Shown: piece by piece, positions 46,581-55,406 of the stretch | How the letters are laid out: every line of letters begins with the position of its first letter | How positions within the stretch are numbered: position 1 is the first letter of the stretch | DNA from: Bacteriovorax stolpii | GTDB lineage: Bacteria > Bdellovibrionota > UBA2428 | NCBI GenBank assembly: GCA_945881775.1 | Contig: CAMCVE010000001.1 | Span: 63,836-127,835 of the forward strand | Direction: 5' to 3' | Length of the DNA stretch: 64,000 bases | Made by a program: the position numbers and the translations under genes | Notes under the pieces: model-generated | Seen by the model: only the letters and a program-made list of their open reading frames with translations | The model's database searches: none | Told to the model about the DNA's origin: nothing

Positions 46581-47069
46581 GTGACGATCCAAAAAGACAG
46601 TGTCGTAGGCATCAGCTACATCCTCACGAACAACGCCGGCGAGCAACTCGACCAGGCCGATCGCAATGATCCCTTTTTCTACCTCCACGGTGCGAGCAAC
46701 ATCGTCCCTGGCCTCGAAGATCAACTCGAAGGCCTCAAGGTCGGCGACAAACGCAAAGTTCTTGTGAAGCCCGAAGAAGGCTACGGCGAGATCAACCCCA
46801 ACCTCAAGATCAAAGTGGGCCGCAACGCTTTCCCTGAGGGCACCGAGATCGAAGTCGGCATGCAGTTCGCTGCGGACGTCGGAAACGGCCAGCCTCTTCC
46901 GTTCACCGTCGAAACAGTCGAAGGCGATGAGATCGCTCTCGATGGCAACCACCCGCTCGCAGGCGTCACCCTAAACTTCGACGTGGAAGTGCTGTCGGTT
47001 CGTCAGGCGACCGACGACGAACTCAGCCACGGACATGCGCACGGCCCCGACGGCCACGCGACGCACTGA
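46581..47069 (+). CDS. slyD: FKBP-type peptidyl-prolyl cis-trans isomerase SlyD with a His-rich C-terminal tail
   Basis: FKBP domain with an inserted IF domain. The C-terminus is HGHAHGPDGHATH, a metal-binding-like tail. GTG start. Confidence 0.85.
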   Translation: MTIQKDSVVGISYILTNNAGEQLDQADRNDPFFYLHGASNIVPGLEDQLEGLKVGDKRKVLVKPEEGYGEINPNLKIKVGRNAFPEGTEIEVGMQFAADVGNGQPLPFTVETVEGDEIALDGNHPLAGVTLNFDVEVLSVRQATDDELSHGHAHGPDGHATH

Positions 47070-47076
47070 TCTCTGA

Positions 47077-47871
47077 TTAGTCTTCTGAATCCAAAAACGA
47101 AAGCGCGTCTTCCACTTCGGGAGGCGCGCTTTTTTTGTGAGGCGTCCGCGGAGTGTTTCCCGCCTTGATGTCGAGTTGAGAGAGGAGCTTTGTTTCTTCC
47201 TCGGGCGTCAAATAGCGCCACTGACCCCGCGCAAGATCGCCAAGCTCCACGTTCATCACGCGAATGCGCTTCAAGCGTACCACCCTAAGTCCCACGGCCT
47301 CTGCCATACGGCGAATCTGTCTGTTGCGACCTTCTGTGAGAATGATCTTCACGCGATTGCCGCCGAGTCGCTCGACACGGCAAGGCTTGGTGAGCCCGCG
47401 ATCGTCACCAATATCAACACCCATCGAGAGGTCGTGAATCTGGGAGTCCGAGACGGACTTGTCATAGACCACGATATATTCTTTTTCGTGGTTGAATTGG
47501 CTTCTAAGAATAGGATTCACCAAATCGCCGTCGTTGGTGAGCAGCAGGAGCCCCTCAGAGCCAATGTCGAGGCGGCCGATGAGAAACACACGACCGCCGC
47601 TGAATTTGAGATGCGCGTCGATGTTGCGGGGATTGCGAGCGTCTTGAGTGGATTCCACTCCCTCAGGCTTGTTGTAGGCAATGAGGATGCGCTTTGGAGG
47701 CGTGGCCACCTGAGTTTCTTTGCCATCTACAAGAAGGAGGTCCCCCTCCTTAAAAACATCACCCAGTTTGGCGACGTTTCCGTTCAACAAAATTCTGCCC
47801 GATTCGATCCACCGGTCCGCTTCCCGACGAGAGCAAAGCCCGAGACTGGCGAGATATTTGTTGAGGCGCAT
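47077..47871 (-). CDS. rluB: 23S rRNA pseudouridine synthase, RluB-like (S4 domain plus basic C-terminal tail)
   Basis: S4 N-terminus (MRLNKYLASLGLCSRREADRWIESGRI). Catalytic motif is GRLDIGSEGLLLLTNDGDL. A basic tail lies at the C-terminus. Confidence 0.75.
   Translation of the reverse strand: MRLNKYLASLGLCSRREADRWIESGRILLNGNVAKLGDVFKEGDLLLVDGKETQVATPPKRILIAYNKPEGVESTQDARNPRNIDAHLKFSGGRVFLIGRLDIGSEGLLLLTNDGDLVNPILRSQFNHEKEYIVVYDKSVSDSQIHDLSMGVDIGDDRGLTKPCRVERLGGNRVKIILTEGRNRQIRRMAEAVGLRVVRLKRIRVMNVELGDLARGQWRYLTPEEETKLLSQLDIKAGNTPRTPHKKSAPPEVEDALSFLDSED
47102..47136. terminator. bidirectional rho-independent terminator between convergent slyD and rluB-like genes
   Basis: Stem AGCGCGTCTTCC / GGGAGGCGCGCT (12 bp with 2 G-U pairs) and loop ACTTC, followed by a T7 tract on the plus strand. 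The preceding AAAAACG gives a U-tract for the minus-strand transcript. It lies inside the last about 20 codons of the rluB-like ORF. Confidence 0.6.
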
Positions 47872-47890
47872 CCTAAATTCTTCTTAACAG

Positions 47891-48010
47891 AGAGGCCGCA
47901 AAAGGGCCTCTAAATTCATTTAAATATATAATTTTTAAGTGTAAATCGACGCTTGACCCAGCCCTGCGATACTTTTGTTTTTTTTATTGATTACTAAAGA
48001 AATATTTATG
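47891..48010. promoter_or_regulatory. AT-rich divergent promoter island between the rluB-like and EEP genes, with a 7-bp stem hairpin
   Basis: The hairpin is AGAGGCC-gcaaaag-GGCCTCT (47891-47911). It is followed by about 100 nt of unusually AT-rich DNA (TTTAAATATATAATTTTTAAG...TTGACC...TTTTGTTTTTTTTATTGATTACTAAAG) ahead of the EEP gene RBS. Confidence 0.3.
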
Positions 48011-48053
48011 AGTGTGGCAACAGCTTACGCGTTCGAAGAAGGGGTCTCTTATC

Positions 48054-49166
48054 ATGATTCATCGCTCTCTCAATTTCTTCAAACATCTTGGGTTTTTCGC
48101 TGTCGCTACTGTCGCTTTGGGGTCTCACGCAAGTGAGGTCGACTCGCAGGCTCGCAAAGTCAAAGTGATGGCCTACAACGTTGAGAACCTCTTCGACACC
48201 GTCCACGACAAGAACAAAGACGACTGGGCTTACCTTCCTCTAAGCCAAAAGAAATCCGACCCCGCCGTCAAAGCGGCCTGTGCCAAGATCTCCAACCCCT
48301 TCTACAAGCGCGAATGCATGGAACTTGACTGGAGCCCGAAGACTCTTCAGACCAAGATCACAAACATCGCTTCCATGATCACGAGCTCGTTTGAGGGCCA
48401 AGGCCCCGACATCATCATCTTCTCCGAAGTCGAGAACTTCGCCGCCCTTCAGGAGCTTCAACGAAGCGGTCTTCGTAACAAAGGTTACAAAGAGATCGTT
48501 TTGATCGAAGGTCCCGATAGCCGCGGAATCGACAACGCGATTCTCTCAAAGATCCCCCTTGTTGCTACTCAAAGCCACTTCGTTGAACTCCCCGAGCGCG
48601 ACGGCAAACCTGCTCACCCCACCCGCGATATCCTCGAAGCCACTTTCCAAGTCGGCTCGAAGAAACTCACTGTTTTCGCTAACCACTGGCCCTCGCAAGG
48701 CAACCCCACGGAGAACCGCCTCGCAGCTGCAAAGACCCTTGCTAAAGCCGCCCTCGCTGCTGATGCGCGCGGCGAAGCGGTGCTCGCGATGGGCGACTTC
48801 AACTGCCTCAAGCCCGAGCTCGACGGTCCCATTGGCGACGTTCTTAACAAAAACTTTGTCGATGGCGTTGAAGAGCGTCTGGCGAACGACAATGTCAAAA
48901 CTCAAGTTCCCGGCACCCACTGGTACAAAGGACATTGGAGCTTCCTGGACCGAGTCTACGTCCTTAAGAACTCGTTTTCTGAACGTGGCATGAAGCTCGA
49001 CTGGATGACTCTTGATGTCCACGCTCCTGACTTCGCCCTCCGCGTGAACGAATACCGTCGCCGCGACGGAACGATCGAGAAAACTTACGTTCCGTACCGC
49101 TTCGATACCAAACAAACGGCGGGCTACTCGGACCACCTGCCCCTCACGCTGACTGTTGGTTTCTAA
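48054..49166 (+). CDS. secreted endonuclease/exonuclease/phosphatase (EEP) family protein
   Basis: SD (AAGAAGGGG) upstream of the ATG at 48054. Signal peptide is MIHRSLNFFKHLGFFAVATVALGSHA. EEP motifs are present (MAYNVENLFD, ...SDHLPL near the C-terminus). Confidence 0.75.
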   Translation: MIHRSLNFFKHLGFFAVATVALGSHASEVDSQARKVKVMAYNVENLFDTVHDKNKDDWAYLPLSQKKSDPAVKAACAKISNPFYKRECMELDWSPKTLQTKITNIASMITSSFEGQGPDIIIFSEVENFAALQELQRSGLRNKGYKEIVLIEGPDSRGIDNAILSKIPLVATQSHFVELPERDGKPAHPTRDILEATFQVGSKKLTVFANHWPSQGNPTENRLAAAKTLAKAALAADARGEAVLAMGDFNCLKPELDGPIGDVLNKNFVDGVEERLANDNVKTQVPGTHWYKGHWSFLDRVYVLKNSFSERGMKLDWMTLDVHAPDFALRVNEYRRRDGTIEKTYVPYRFDTKQTAGYSDHLPLTLTVGF

Positions 49167-49201
49167 GTCCACGTTTTAGAAATTTAAGAAAAGCTTTGCC
49201 T

Positions 49202-49235
49202 AAGGCCTCCCTCGTCGACCACGATGGGAGGCCTT
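49202..49235 (+). promoter_or_regulatory. perfect 10-bp stem hairpin sequestering the Shine-Dalgarno of the gene starting at 49239
   Basis: AAGGCCTCCC (49202-49211) pairs with GGGAGGCCTT (49226-49235) across a 14-nt loop. The right arm contains the GGGAGG SD 7 nt before the ATG at 49239. Confidence 0.4.
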
Positions 49236-49238
49236 TCC

Positions 49239-49715
49239 ATGCGCACTTCTAAAAACTTTCCCCCCTCCCTGAAACGTTGGCTTCTCGCTGCAGCTGCGTA
49301 CAACGCTGTGTTTGGCCTCTACACACTCATCTGGCCTCGTCACTATTTCCAGTGGGCTGGCCTTGGTCCTGATGCGCCCTATCCTGAAGCTCTCTGGCCC
49401 TGCATCGGCATGATCGTCGCCGTCTACGGGCTCGGATACGCAATCGCCGCACTCGATCCTCTTCGACATTGGCCCATCATCCTCGTAGGATTTCTTGGTA
49501 AAGTTCTTGGTCCGATTGGGTTCCTGGATGCCGTATTGCGAGACCTTCTCCCAGCAAAGTTCGGCTGGATCCTTCTTACAAATGATCTTATCTGGTGGCC
49601 CTCTTTCATCGCAATCCTCGTGCTTGCAGCTCGCCATCACGACTTTAGCCTGGCTCGAGTGAAAGACGCTCTTCGCGAGACTGCAGTGCTGGTGGGTTTG
49701 AGGAACACGCGATGA
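49239..49715 (+). CDS. hypothetical small membrane protein (4 TM)
   Basis: Coding-like and hydrophobic. The start was chosen at the ATG at 49239, which has a perfect SD (GGGAGG) 7 nt upstream. The track start at 49224 lacks an SD. Confidence 0.45.
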   Translation: MRTSKNFPPSLKRWLLAAAAYNAVFGLYTLIWPRHYFQWAGLGPDAPYPEALWPCIGMIVAVYGLGYAIAALDPLRHWPIILVGFLGKVLGPIGFLDAVLRDLLPAKFGWILLTNDLIWWPSFIAILVLAARHHDFSLARVKDALRETAVLVGLRNTR

Positions 49716-50146
49716 GCGGCGAGCTACTTCAGCTTCATCTCTTCGCTTCAATTTGGATGACCGCCATTATCTGGTACGTGCAACTCGTGCACTACCCGTC
49801 CTTTAATGCGATCGATTCAGAAAGTTTTTGTGAATTCCATGCGCAGCACAGCCGCCGAACCACCCTCCTTGTCCTCGTGCCGATGCTTGTGGAACTCCTC
49901 AGCGCAACGAGTCTCGTGTGGATATCGGCCTCTGGGGCTTCGCTCGCTCTTGGCGCACTGACACTCCTGACCTGGACACTCACCTTTCTGATTTCAGTGC
50001 CACTCCACAATCGCCTCGCCGGCGGCAAAGACCAAGAGGCGATTAGGCGCCTCATCCAAAGCAACTGGCCGAGAACTCTGACATGGACCCTGAAACTGTT
50101 CCTCGTTTACGCACTCCAGTCAGGGCGCGCGGGGATTGCTCCGTGA
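49712..50146 (+). CDS. DUF1772-like small membrane protein
   Basis: 144 aa with 4 TM helices and a HYPSF-type motif of the kind seen in the DUF1772/anthrone-oxygenase-like family (from memory). ATGA overlap with the upstream gene. Confidence 0.4.
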   Translation: MSGELLQLHLFASIWMTAIIWYVQLVHYPSFNAIDSESFCEFHAQHSRRTTLLVLVPMLVELLSATSLVWISASGASLALGALTLLTWTLTFLISVPLHNRLAGGKDQEAIRRLIQSNWPRTLTWTLKLFLVYALQSGRAGIAP

Positions 50147-50847
50147 CCAATGGCTCGTGGATCACACGACAGCGCTGGGAGAAGATTCACTTTCTGCATT
50201 TCCGCGGAGCCGCAGAGGTCGTTCGGGCTGCACTGCCGCCAGAACTGGAACTAGATCTCTGGGAGAATGAAGCCGTGCTTTCGGTGGTTCCGTTTCGAAT
50301 GACCCGAGTTCGTTTTCCCTACCTCCCTCCGTTTCCTGGGATCGGAAGCCTGTGGGAACTCAACCTGCGAACTTATGTGCGCTACGCTTCGAAGCCGGGC
50401 GTTTACTTTTTTACGCTCGAGAGCAACAACCCGGTCGCCACCTGGATTGCGCAAAAGGGATTTGGACTTCCTTATGCCAACGCAAAGTTCCGGGTTCAAG
50501 CCCACGAGAACCACTTCGCGATGGAACATCAGCGCGCAGACATTCGAACAAAGATACAGATGCACACACTCGTCGACGACTCCTCCCCGCAAGAAGACCC
50601 GTTTGCGATATGGGCAACAGAGCGCTACGCGCTTCTAAATGTTCGCGCCGGCCGCGTGTTCCGAGGCGCTCTCCGTCATGAACGCTGGCCGCTTAAGAGT
50701 GCGAAAGTCGACATCTTCGAAGGCAACTTCCTATCCCTTGTTCCTGGAGCCGAGAATTTTCGATTCTGTGGCGCCGGGTCCTGCGAAAGACTCGACGTGA
50801 GCTTTCGTCCTTTCGAAGAGCTTTCCACGAAGCTCGGGATGAACTAG
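50143..50847 (+). CDS. DUF2071 (YqjF-like) family protein
   Basis: Motif pattern W...HFLHF...LPPFPG is typical of DUF2071. GTG start at 50143 overlaps the upstream TGA (GTGA coupling). The track ORF starts at 50083 inside the upstream gene. Confidence 0.55.
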   Translation: MTNGSWITRQRWEKIHFLHFRGAAEVVRAALPPELELDLWENEAVLSVVPFRMTRVRFPYLPPFPGIGSLWELNLRTYVRYASKPGVYFFTLESNNPVATWIAQKGFGLPYANAKFRVQAHENHFAMEHQRADIRTKIQMHTLVDDSSPQEDPFAIWATERYALLNVRAGRVFRGALRHERWPLKSAKVDIFEGNFLSLVPGAENFRFCGAGSCERLDVSFRPFEELSTKLGMN

Positions 50848-50856
50848 AATTCTCAT

Positions 50857-52221
50857 ATGAAAATCGTGATCGCCGGTGCTTCGGGCTTTGTGGGTTCACA
50901 TCTGATCTCGGCACTCGCAGCTCGGCACGAGATCAAGGCCCTCTCGCGGCGCGCTCGTCCCTCAAAAGATAATGTCGAATGGCTTCAATGTGATCTCTTC
51001 AGTCAACTGGACATTGAAAAGGCCCTGAGTGGAGCAGATGTAGCGATTTATCTCATCCATTCGATGTTGCCCTCAGCGCGCCTCACGCAGGGGAGCTTCC
51101 GCGACTTTGACATGATTCTTGCTGACAACTTTTCGCGTGCCTGCGTGGCCTCGAAAGTTCAGAAAATCATTTATCTCAGCGGCATCATTCCTCCTGATGC
51201 GCTTCTAAGTGAACATCTTCAAAGTCGCCTTGAAGTCGAGAACATCCTCAAGGCCTCAGGTATCCCCATCTCTTGTCTACGCGCGGGTCTCATTATCGGC
51301 CCGGGTGGCTCGTCGTTTGAAATGATGCTGCGCCTGGTTCAGAGGCTTCCGATGATGGTTTGCCCCTATTGGACTTCGACACTCTCCTACCCTGTGTCGA
51401 TCTGGGATGTGGTTGAGATCATCAAACATCGCATCGAGAACTTCACGGGTTCAGAACAAGAGACTCTCGACCTTTGTGGACCGGACGCACTTTCGTATGA
51501 GGAAATGATGCGGCACCTTTCGCGCATCCTCAATAAGAACCACTTCTTTTTTCATGTGCCATTCGTCTCCCCAAGCCTCTCAAAGCTTTGGGTGTGCCTC
51601 ATCACCGGCGCTCCCAAGGATCTTGTTTATCCACTTGTCGACAGCCTCAAAACCCACATGATTCCTCTTGTGCAAAAAGCTCCTGCTCTGGACTTTATCA
51701 AACCGATGAGCTTCGACGCTGCCCTGGAAAGATCCCTGAAAGAGACCCCCCTAGGACAAAAGCCCAACGCCTTTAGCTACACGGGAGCCCAGCAGGATTC
51801 CAATGTCCGCTCCGTCCAAAGAATAACAACTCTGTTTCGCTCGGATGTCGCGAAAGTAGCAAGATCTTATTTCCTTTGGCTCGGCAAAGCGCTCAGCCCA
51901 CTCGTTCAGCTAGGAGTGAGTGGTGAGATTTACACTCTTTCTTTGAGATTTTTTGGCACGCCGCTACTCATCATGGAGCGCTCTCTGGAGAGAAGCACCT
52001 TTGAGCGGCAGCTTTTTTATATTCGCGGCGGCGTGCTGGCTCGCCCGAGCGCGAGGGCCAGGCTCGAATTTCGTGACATCTACCAAGGACTCTACAAGAT
52101 CATCGCAATTCATGACTACAGGCCAAGACTTCCGTGGTTCTTTTACAAATACACCCAGGCTCTTGTGCACCTCTGGGTGATGAAAGCCTTCGGGGCTTAC
52201 CTCATCAGAGAAAAGCTCTAG
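50857..52221 (+). CDS. NAD(P)-binding SDR/NmrA-like domain fused to a C-terminal DUF2867-like domain
   Basis: N-terminus MKIVIAGASGFVGSHLI is a Rossmann GxxGxxG motif. The domain of about 200 aa is followed by a conserved C-terminal half (ending ...YLIREKL). Confidence 0.7.
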   Translation: MKIVIAGASGFVGSHLISALAARHEIKALSRRARPSKDNVEWLQCDLFSQLDIEKALSGADVAIYLIHSMLPSARLTQGSFRDFDMILADNFSRACVASKVQKIIYLSGIIPPDALLSEHLQSRLEVENILKASGIPISCLRAGLIIGPGGSSFEMMLRLVQRLPMMVCPYWTSTLSYPVSIWDVVEIIKHRIENFTGSEQETLDLCGPDALSYEEMMRHLSRILNKNHFFFHVPFVSPSLSKLWVCLITGAPKDLVYPLVDSLKTHMIPLVQKAPALDFIKPMSFDAALERSLKETPLGQKPNAFSYTGAQQDSNVRSVQRITTLFRSDVAKVARSYFLWLGKALSPLVQLGVSGEIYTLSLRFFGTPLLIMERSLERSTFERQLFYIRGGVLARPSARARLEFRDIYQGLYKIIAIHDYRPRLPWFFYKYTQALVHLWVMKAFGAYLIREKL

Positions 52222-52229
52222 AGCTCAGA

Positions 52230-52988
52230 ATGTTTAAGCTTAGCCAGACCCAAAAAGACATCCTCAAGCTCCTACCCCAAAAAGCTGCGAAGCTTGTGCC
52301 CTTCACCGAACTCATTAAGATGGGGAGCAAGGTCGCCACGACAGCCATCGGCGGCGAATCGTACAAACAAGACCTGACTCAACTCAGTGAATCAGACCTG
52401 CCTGAGGGAGTTGTTGTTGTCCCTAGCGAAGAGGGACTCAACCCGAGTATGCCACTACTGGCTCTTCACGGTGAAAAGGTTCTCGAGATCTATTTTGCAC
52501 AACTCTTTCGTCAAGACGCCTCCGTGCACCTGGATCTGAGAGCCAACCACTTCTCGGCCCAGGGTGAGACCCTGCTGTGGCGACCCTCAACGCTTCGCTA
52601 CAAGTTTTCAGCTGCGTTCTTAAATTCAATTCGCGAACTCTACCAAGGATTTTACGATGACAAGCCCGATGTCTTCGACAAAGGACTCGAGGGCCTCGGC
52701 ATGATCCGCTCTTCGATGTCCCCTGAGGAACGTCAAGAGATCCGCCAGCTTCTGTTTTCGCATTTTGGTGAAGGGCGGACCTCGCCTGTCATTTTTTCAG
52801 TTTCGAAGTTTCAAAAGTCATTTGACGAGATTTTTTCGTATTTTCTTAAGAATGAAGTTCCTCTGCATCCAGAATTTGCCCTGCTCGGAGCCAATCTCGC
52901 CACTCTTTACGCAAACCTCCAAAACATAAAGGCGCCCCTCGATGTGAGAGGCGCCTTTATGAAGGCCGATTCTGTTTTGGCTCGGTGA
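52230..52988 (+). CDS. hypothetical protein
   Basis: 253 aa with coding-like periodicity, no signal peptide and no recognised domain. Confidence 0.4.
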   Translation: MFKLSQTQKDILKLLPQKAAKLVPFTELIKMGSKVATTAIGGESYKQDLTQLSESDLPEGVVVVPSEEGLNPSMPLLALHGEKVLEIYFAQLFRQDASVHLDLRANHFSAQGETLLWRPSTLRYKFSAAFLNSIRELYQGFYDDKPDVFDKGLEGLGMIRSSMSPEERQEIRQLLFSHFGEGRTSPVIFSVSKFQKSFDEIFSYFLKNEVPLHPEFALLGANLATLYANLQNIKAPLDVRGAFMKADSVLAR

Positions 52989-54218
52989 TCAGGGCTGAGG
53001 TTCGCGGACGTCGGAGTTTGCTAGCTCCCAAGTAAAAGCGAGTGCGATTTTTGTAAAGAGCGCCGAGTGCTCGAAGTTGCTTGCGCTTGATACCACGTCT
53101 CGAACAGTGTGGATTTCACGATTCATCTTGTCGAAGCTCGCCTCGAACGGCATCAAGGTGGGATAGCCTTGCTGATACCATGAAGCATGGTCGCTACATC
53201 CATAGCCGCATTTGTCGGCAAGAATCTGCGCACCCAGCGCGTAGGTCGTATTGATTTCAACCAATATCTGGCGCAGCCAGGGACTCGTAAAATCTTCCAT
53301 CGAAGCGAGAGTGAACGGACCGTTTCCGGGAAAGAGAGTCATGTCGAGCTGAAGTGCTCCGATCACGTCTTTGCGTGCTTCTTTGGCAAGGCGAGCGATC
53401 TCGGCAGATCCCACAAGCCCCACCTCTTCGGCAGCATACCAGTAGAACTCAATCGTGCGCTCGGGTTGGGCCATCTGTGAGAGAATGCGGAAGGACTCGA
53501 TAATGTTGGCTGATCCCGAGGCGTTGTCGTCGGCTCCGGGAGCGCGACCACGAGAGAACCATCCGACGGTTGAGTCCAAATGCCCGCCAAGCACAACGAA
53601 CTCAGTCGGGCGCTTCGATCCTAGAATTCGCGCGCGAATTGATTTTTGGGAGGTGCGTGTGTGCGAGATGAGCTCGATTGAAATCGGAAGCTTCGAGGTC
53701 TTAGCTAGCTCTTCGAGTTTGGCTTGAACCGCGCGGACGTGAATATTGGGATCTGCATTATTGTGATAGCGAGTTTCAAATGAGGAAAGGTAATCCACCC
53801 AGCGTTTCTGGTTGTCTCCACTGACTTGATCAAAGGCCGCACGGAGCTCGGGACGGACCGCGATTGGCTCGGCTGAAAAGCGCAAGATTCGTGTGGCCAT
53901 CACGGCACGTGTTGCCTCGGCATCGTTCAGCGGCTTGAGCTCTGCTACAAAAGCCTCTTGCGAGAGAATCGGCTCAGGCAAGACCTGAAAACCTCCGCAG
54001 CGGTTCTTGGAATGCATGTAGTTTACGAGAGCGCTGGCATGCTCAGGCTTCAGCTCCACATACGAGAGACCACTTCTCTTATCGCTTCTGATGGCGGGAA
54101 TTTCTAGTTTTTCGAGGGTTGCAGTTTCGGCGAGAGCAGGAAGCCGCGCTGGAGATGCGGCCGTCGCTTGCGCGCACACGAGACCCAGACCCACTAGACA
54201 CATCGTAGATTGTTTCAT
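52989..54218 (-). CDS. M28 family zinc aminopeptidase, secreted
   Basis: SD (GGAGGG) upstream of the ATG at 54218. Signal peptide present. Zn ligand motifs are HLDSTVGW..., DDNASGSA and ...AAEEVGLVGS. Confidence 0.8.
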   Translation of the reverse strand: MKQSTMCLVGLGLVCAQATAASPARLPALAETATLEKLEIPAIRSDKRSGLSYVELKPEHASALVNYMHSKNRCGGFQVLPEPILSQEAFVAELKPLNDAEATRAVMATRILRFSAEPIAVRPELRAAFDQVSGDNQKRWVDYLSSFETRYHNNADPNIHVRAVQAKLEELAKTSKLPISIELISHTRTSQKSIRARILGSKRPTEFVVLGGHLDSTVGWFSRGRAPGADDNASGSANIIESFRILSQMAQPERTIEFYWYAAEEVGLVGSAEIARLAKEARKDVIGALQLDMTLFPGNGPFTLASMEDFTSPWLRQILVEINTTYALGAQILADKCGYGCSDHASWYQQGYPTLMPFEASFDKMNREIHTVRDVVSSASNFEHSALFTKIALAFTWELANSDVREPQP

Positions 54219-54274
54219 ATTCCCTCCCCAGGGAGCCCGGACAAACCAGGCCGTGTTCGCTCAGTTGTGAACTT

Positions 54275-54700
54275 TCAGTTCACTTTTAAAAGTTCGACTT
54301 CAAAAACCAAGGTCGCGTTCGGCGGGATCACACCGCCAGCGCCGCGTGCGCCGTACCCAAGCGCCGAAGGAATTGTAAGCTTTCTCTTGCCGCCGACCTT
54401 CATTCCCGCCACACCATCGTCCCAGCCCTTGATCACGCGACCGGCTCCGAGTTGAAATTCAAAAGGCTCGTTGCGATCCACTGAGGAATCGAATTTGGTT
54501 CCATCCATCAGCCAGCCCGTGTAGTGCACTGTTACAGTTTTTCCGCTCACGGCCTCAACACCCGTGCCCGTTTTAAGATCTTCTTTTACAAGTTCGCTCA
54601 CTGTTTCTCCTCCTGAAGCGCTCGCGGCAGAGTCTTTCTTTTCGCAAGCTCCGAAGCCAAGCAAACATCCTAACAACCCAACGAGTGCCAATTTTCTCAT
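54275..54700 (-). CDS. FKBP-type peptidyl-prolyl isomerase, probable lipoprotein
   Basis: Signal and lipobox-like [23 protein letters not shown] domain with [18 protein letters not shown]...[20 protein letters not shown]. The start was chosen at the internal Met. Confidence 0.8.
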   Translation of the reverse strand: MRKLALVGLLGCLLGFGACEKKDSAASASGGETVSELVKEDLKTGTGVEAVSGKTVTVHYTGWLMDGTKFDSSVDRNEPFEFQLGAGRVIKGWDDGVAGMKVGGKRKLTIPSALGYGARGAGGVIPPNATLVFEVELLKVN

Positions 54701-54795
54701 GCCCAAAACACTAACATGGAAGGTGGAAATGAAACTGCCGCGCCGCAACGCAATCGGAGTCCCGAGGTTTCCTATTCTCAAAGTGCCTTTAAACT

Positions 54796-55389
54796 GTGGA
54801 GGTGACCGGCGAAGACAAACAAAAGAAACTAGATCGTGTCGCCAAAAGCATCTTGAGTATCGTGGTGCGCTTTGGGTTCGAGAATCTTTCGCCTTCTCGT
54901 CTTGCGAGGGCCGCACAAGTTTCCAGGCCCTGGGTCTACAAATACATCGGCGGATCTAAGGAAGTTCTCTCGGGATTTGCAGTCGAATATTTCGGAAAGC
55001 TTCTCGCGCAACTCGACGCAAGTCCCAAACCTGCAACTCCTGGATTCTTTCGCGACGACGAAATCTTTCGTCTCGAGAATGCCCTGATCTACGCCGAGCA
55101 GCACCCAGAAATTATCCAGATCTACTACCGCTACAAAGGGACCCCCACGAGCCTGGGTCGCGCGATCCAAAAAGTCGAGAACGAGTACCGGCAGGCCAAA
55201 ATCTTCCAAATCAAAGAGACATTCAAGACCACACAGTCTGAAGCCGAAATCTACACCGAGATCTTGGTGTCGCTCAAAATGGGTCTCTGCCACAAATGGA
55301 TCTCAGGCGACCTCAAGGGCAAAGTGACTCGCGAGAACTACCTGAAAGTGGTTGGAGCAACTTTCAAAAATTTCTTCGCCAATCTCTAA
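54796..55389 (+). CDS. TetR/AcrR family transcriptional regulator
   Basis: N-terminal HTH ([26 protein letters not shown]) followed by an alpha-helical ligand domain. GTG start. Confidence 0.65.
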   Translation: MEVTGEDKQKKLDRVAKSILSIVVRFGFENLSPSRLARAAQVSRPWVYKYIGGSKEVLSGFAVEYFGKLLAQLDASPKPATPGFFRDDEIFRLENALIYAEQHPEIIQIYYRYKGTPTSLGRAIQKVENEYRQAKIFQIKETFKTTQSEAEIYTEILVSLKMGLCHKWISGDLKGKVTRENYLKVVGATFKNFFANL

Positions 55390-55406
55390 GAGCTCCGCCG
55401 AACTGC

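Noticed and set aside
48008-48056. 16-codon upstream ORF (MSVATAYAFEEGVSYHD) just before the EEP gene start
   Set aside because: It overlaps the EEP RBS and is very short. It is probably coincidental, though a uORF cannot be excluded.
54701-54795. Looked for a TetR operator palindrome in the divergent region upstream of the TetR gene
   Set aside because: I found no convincing inverted repeat by eye. A motif search would be needed.
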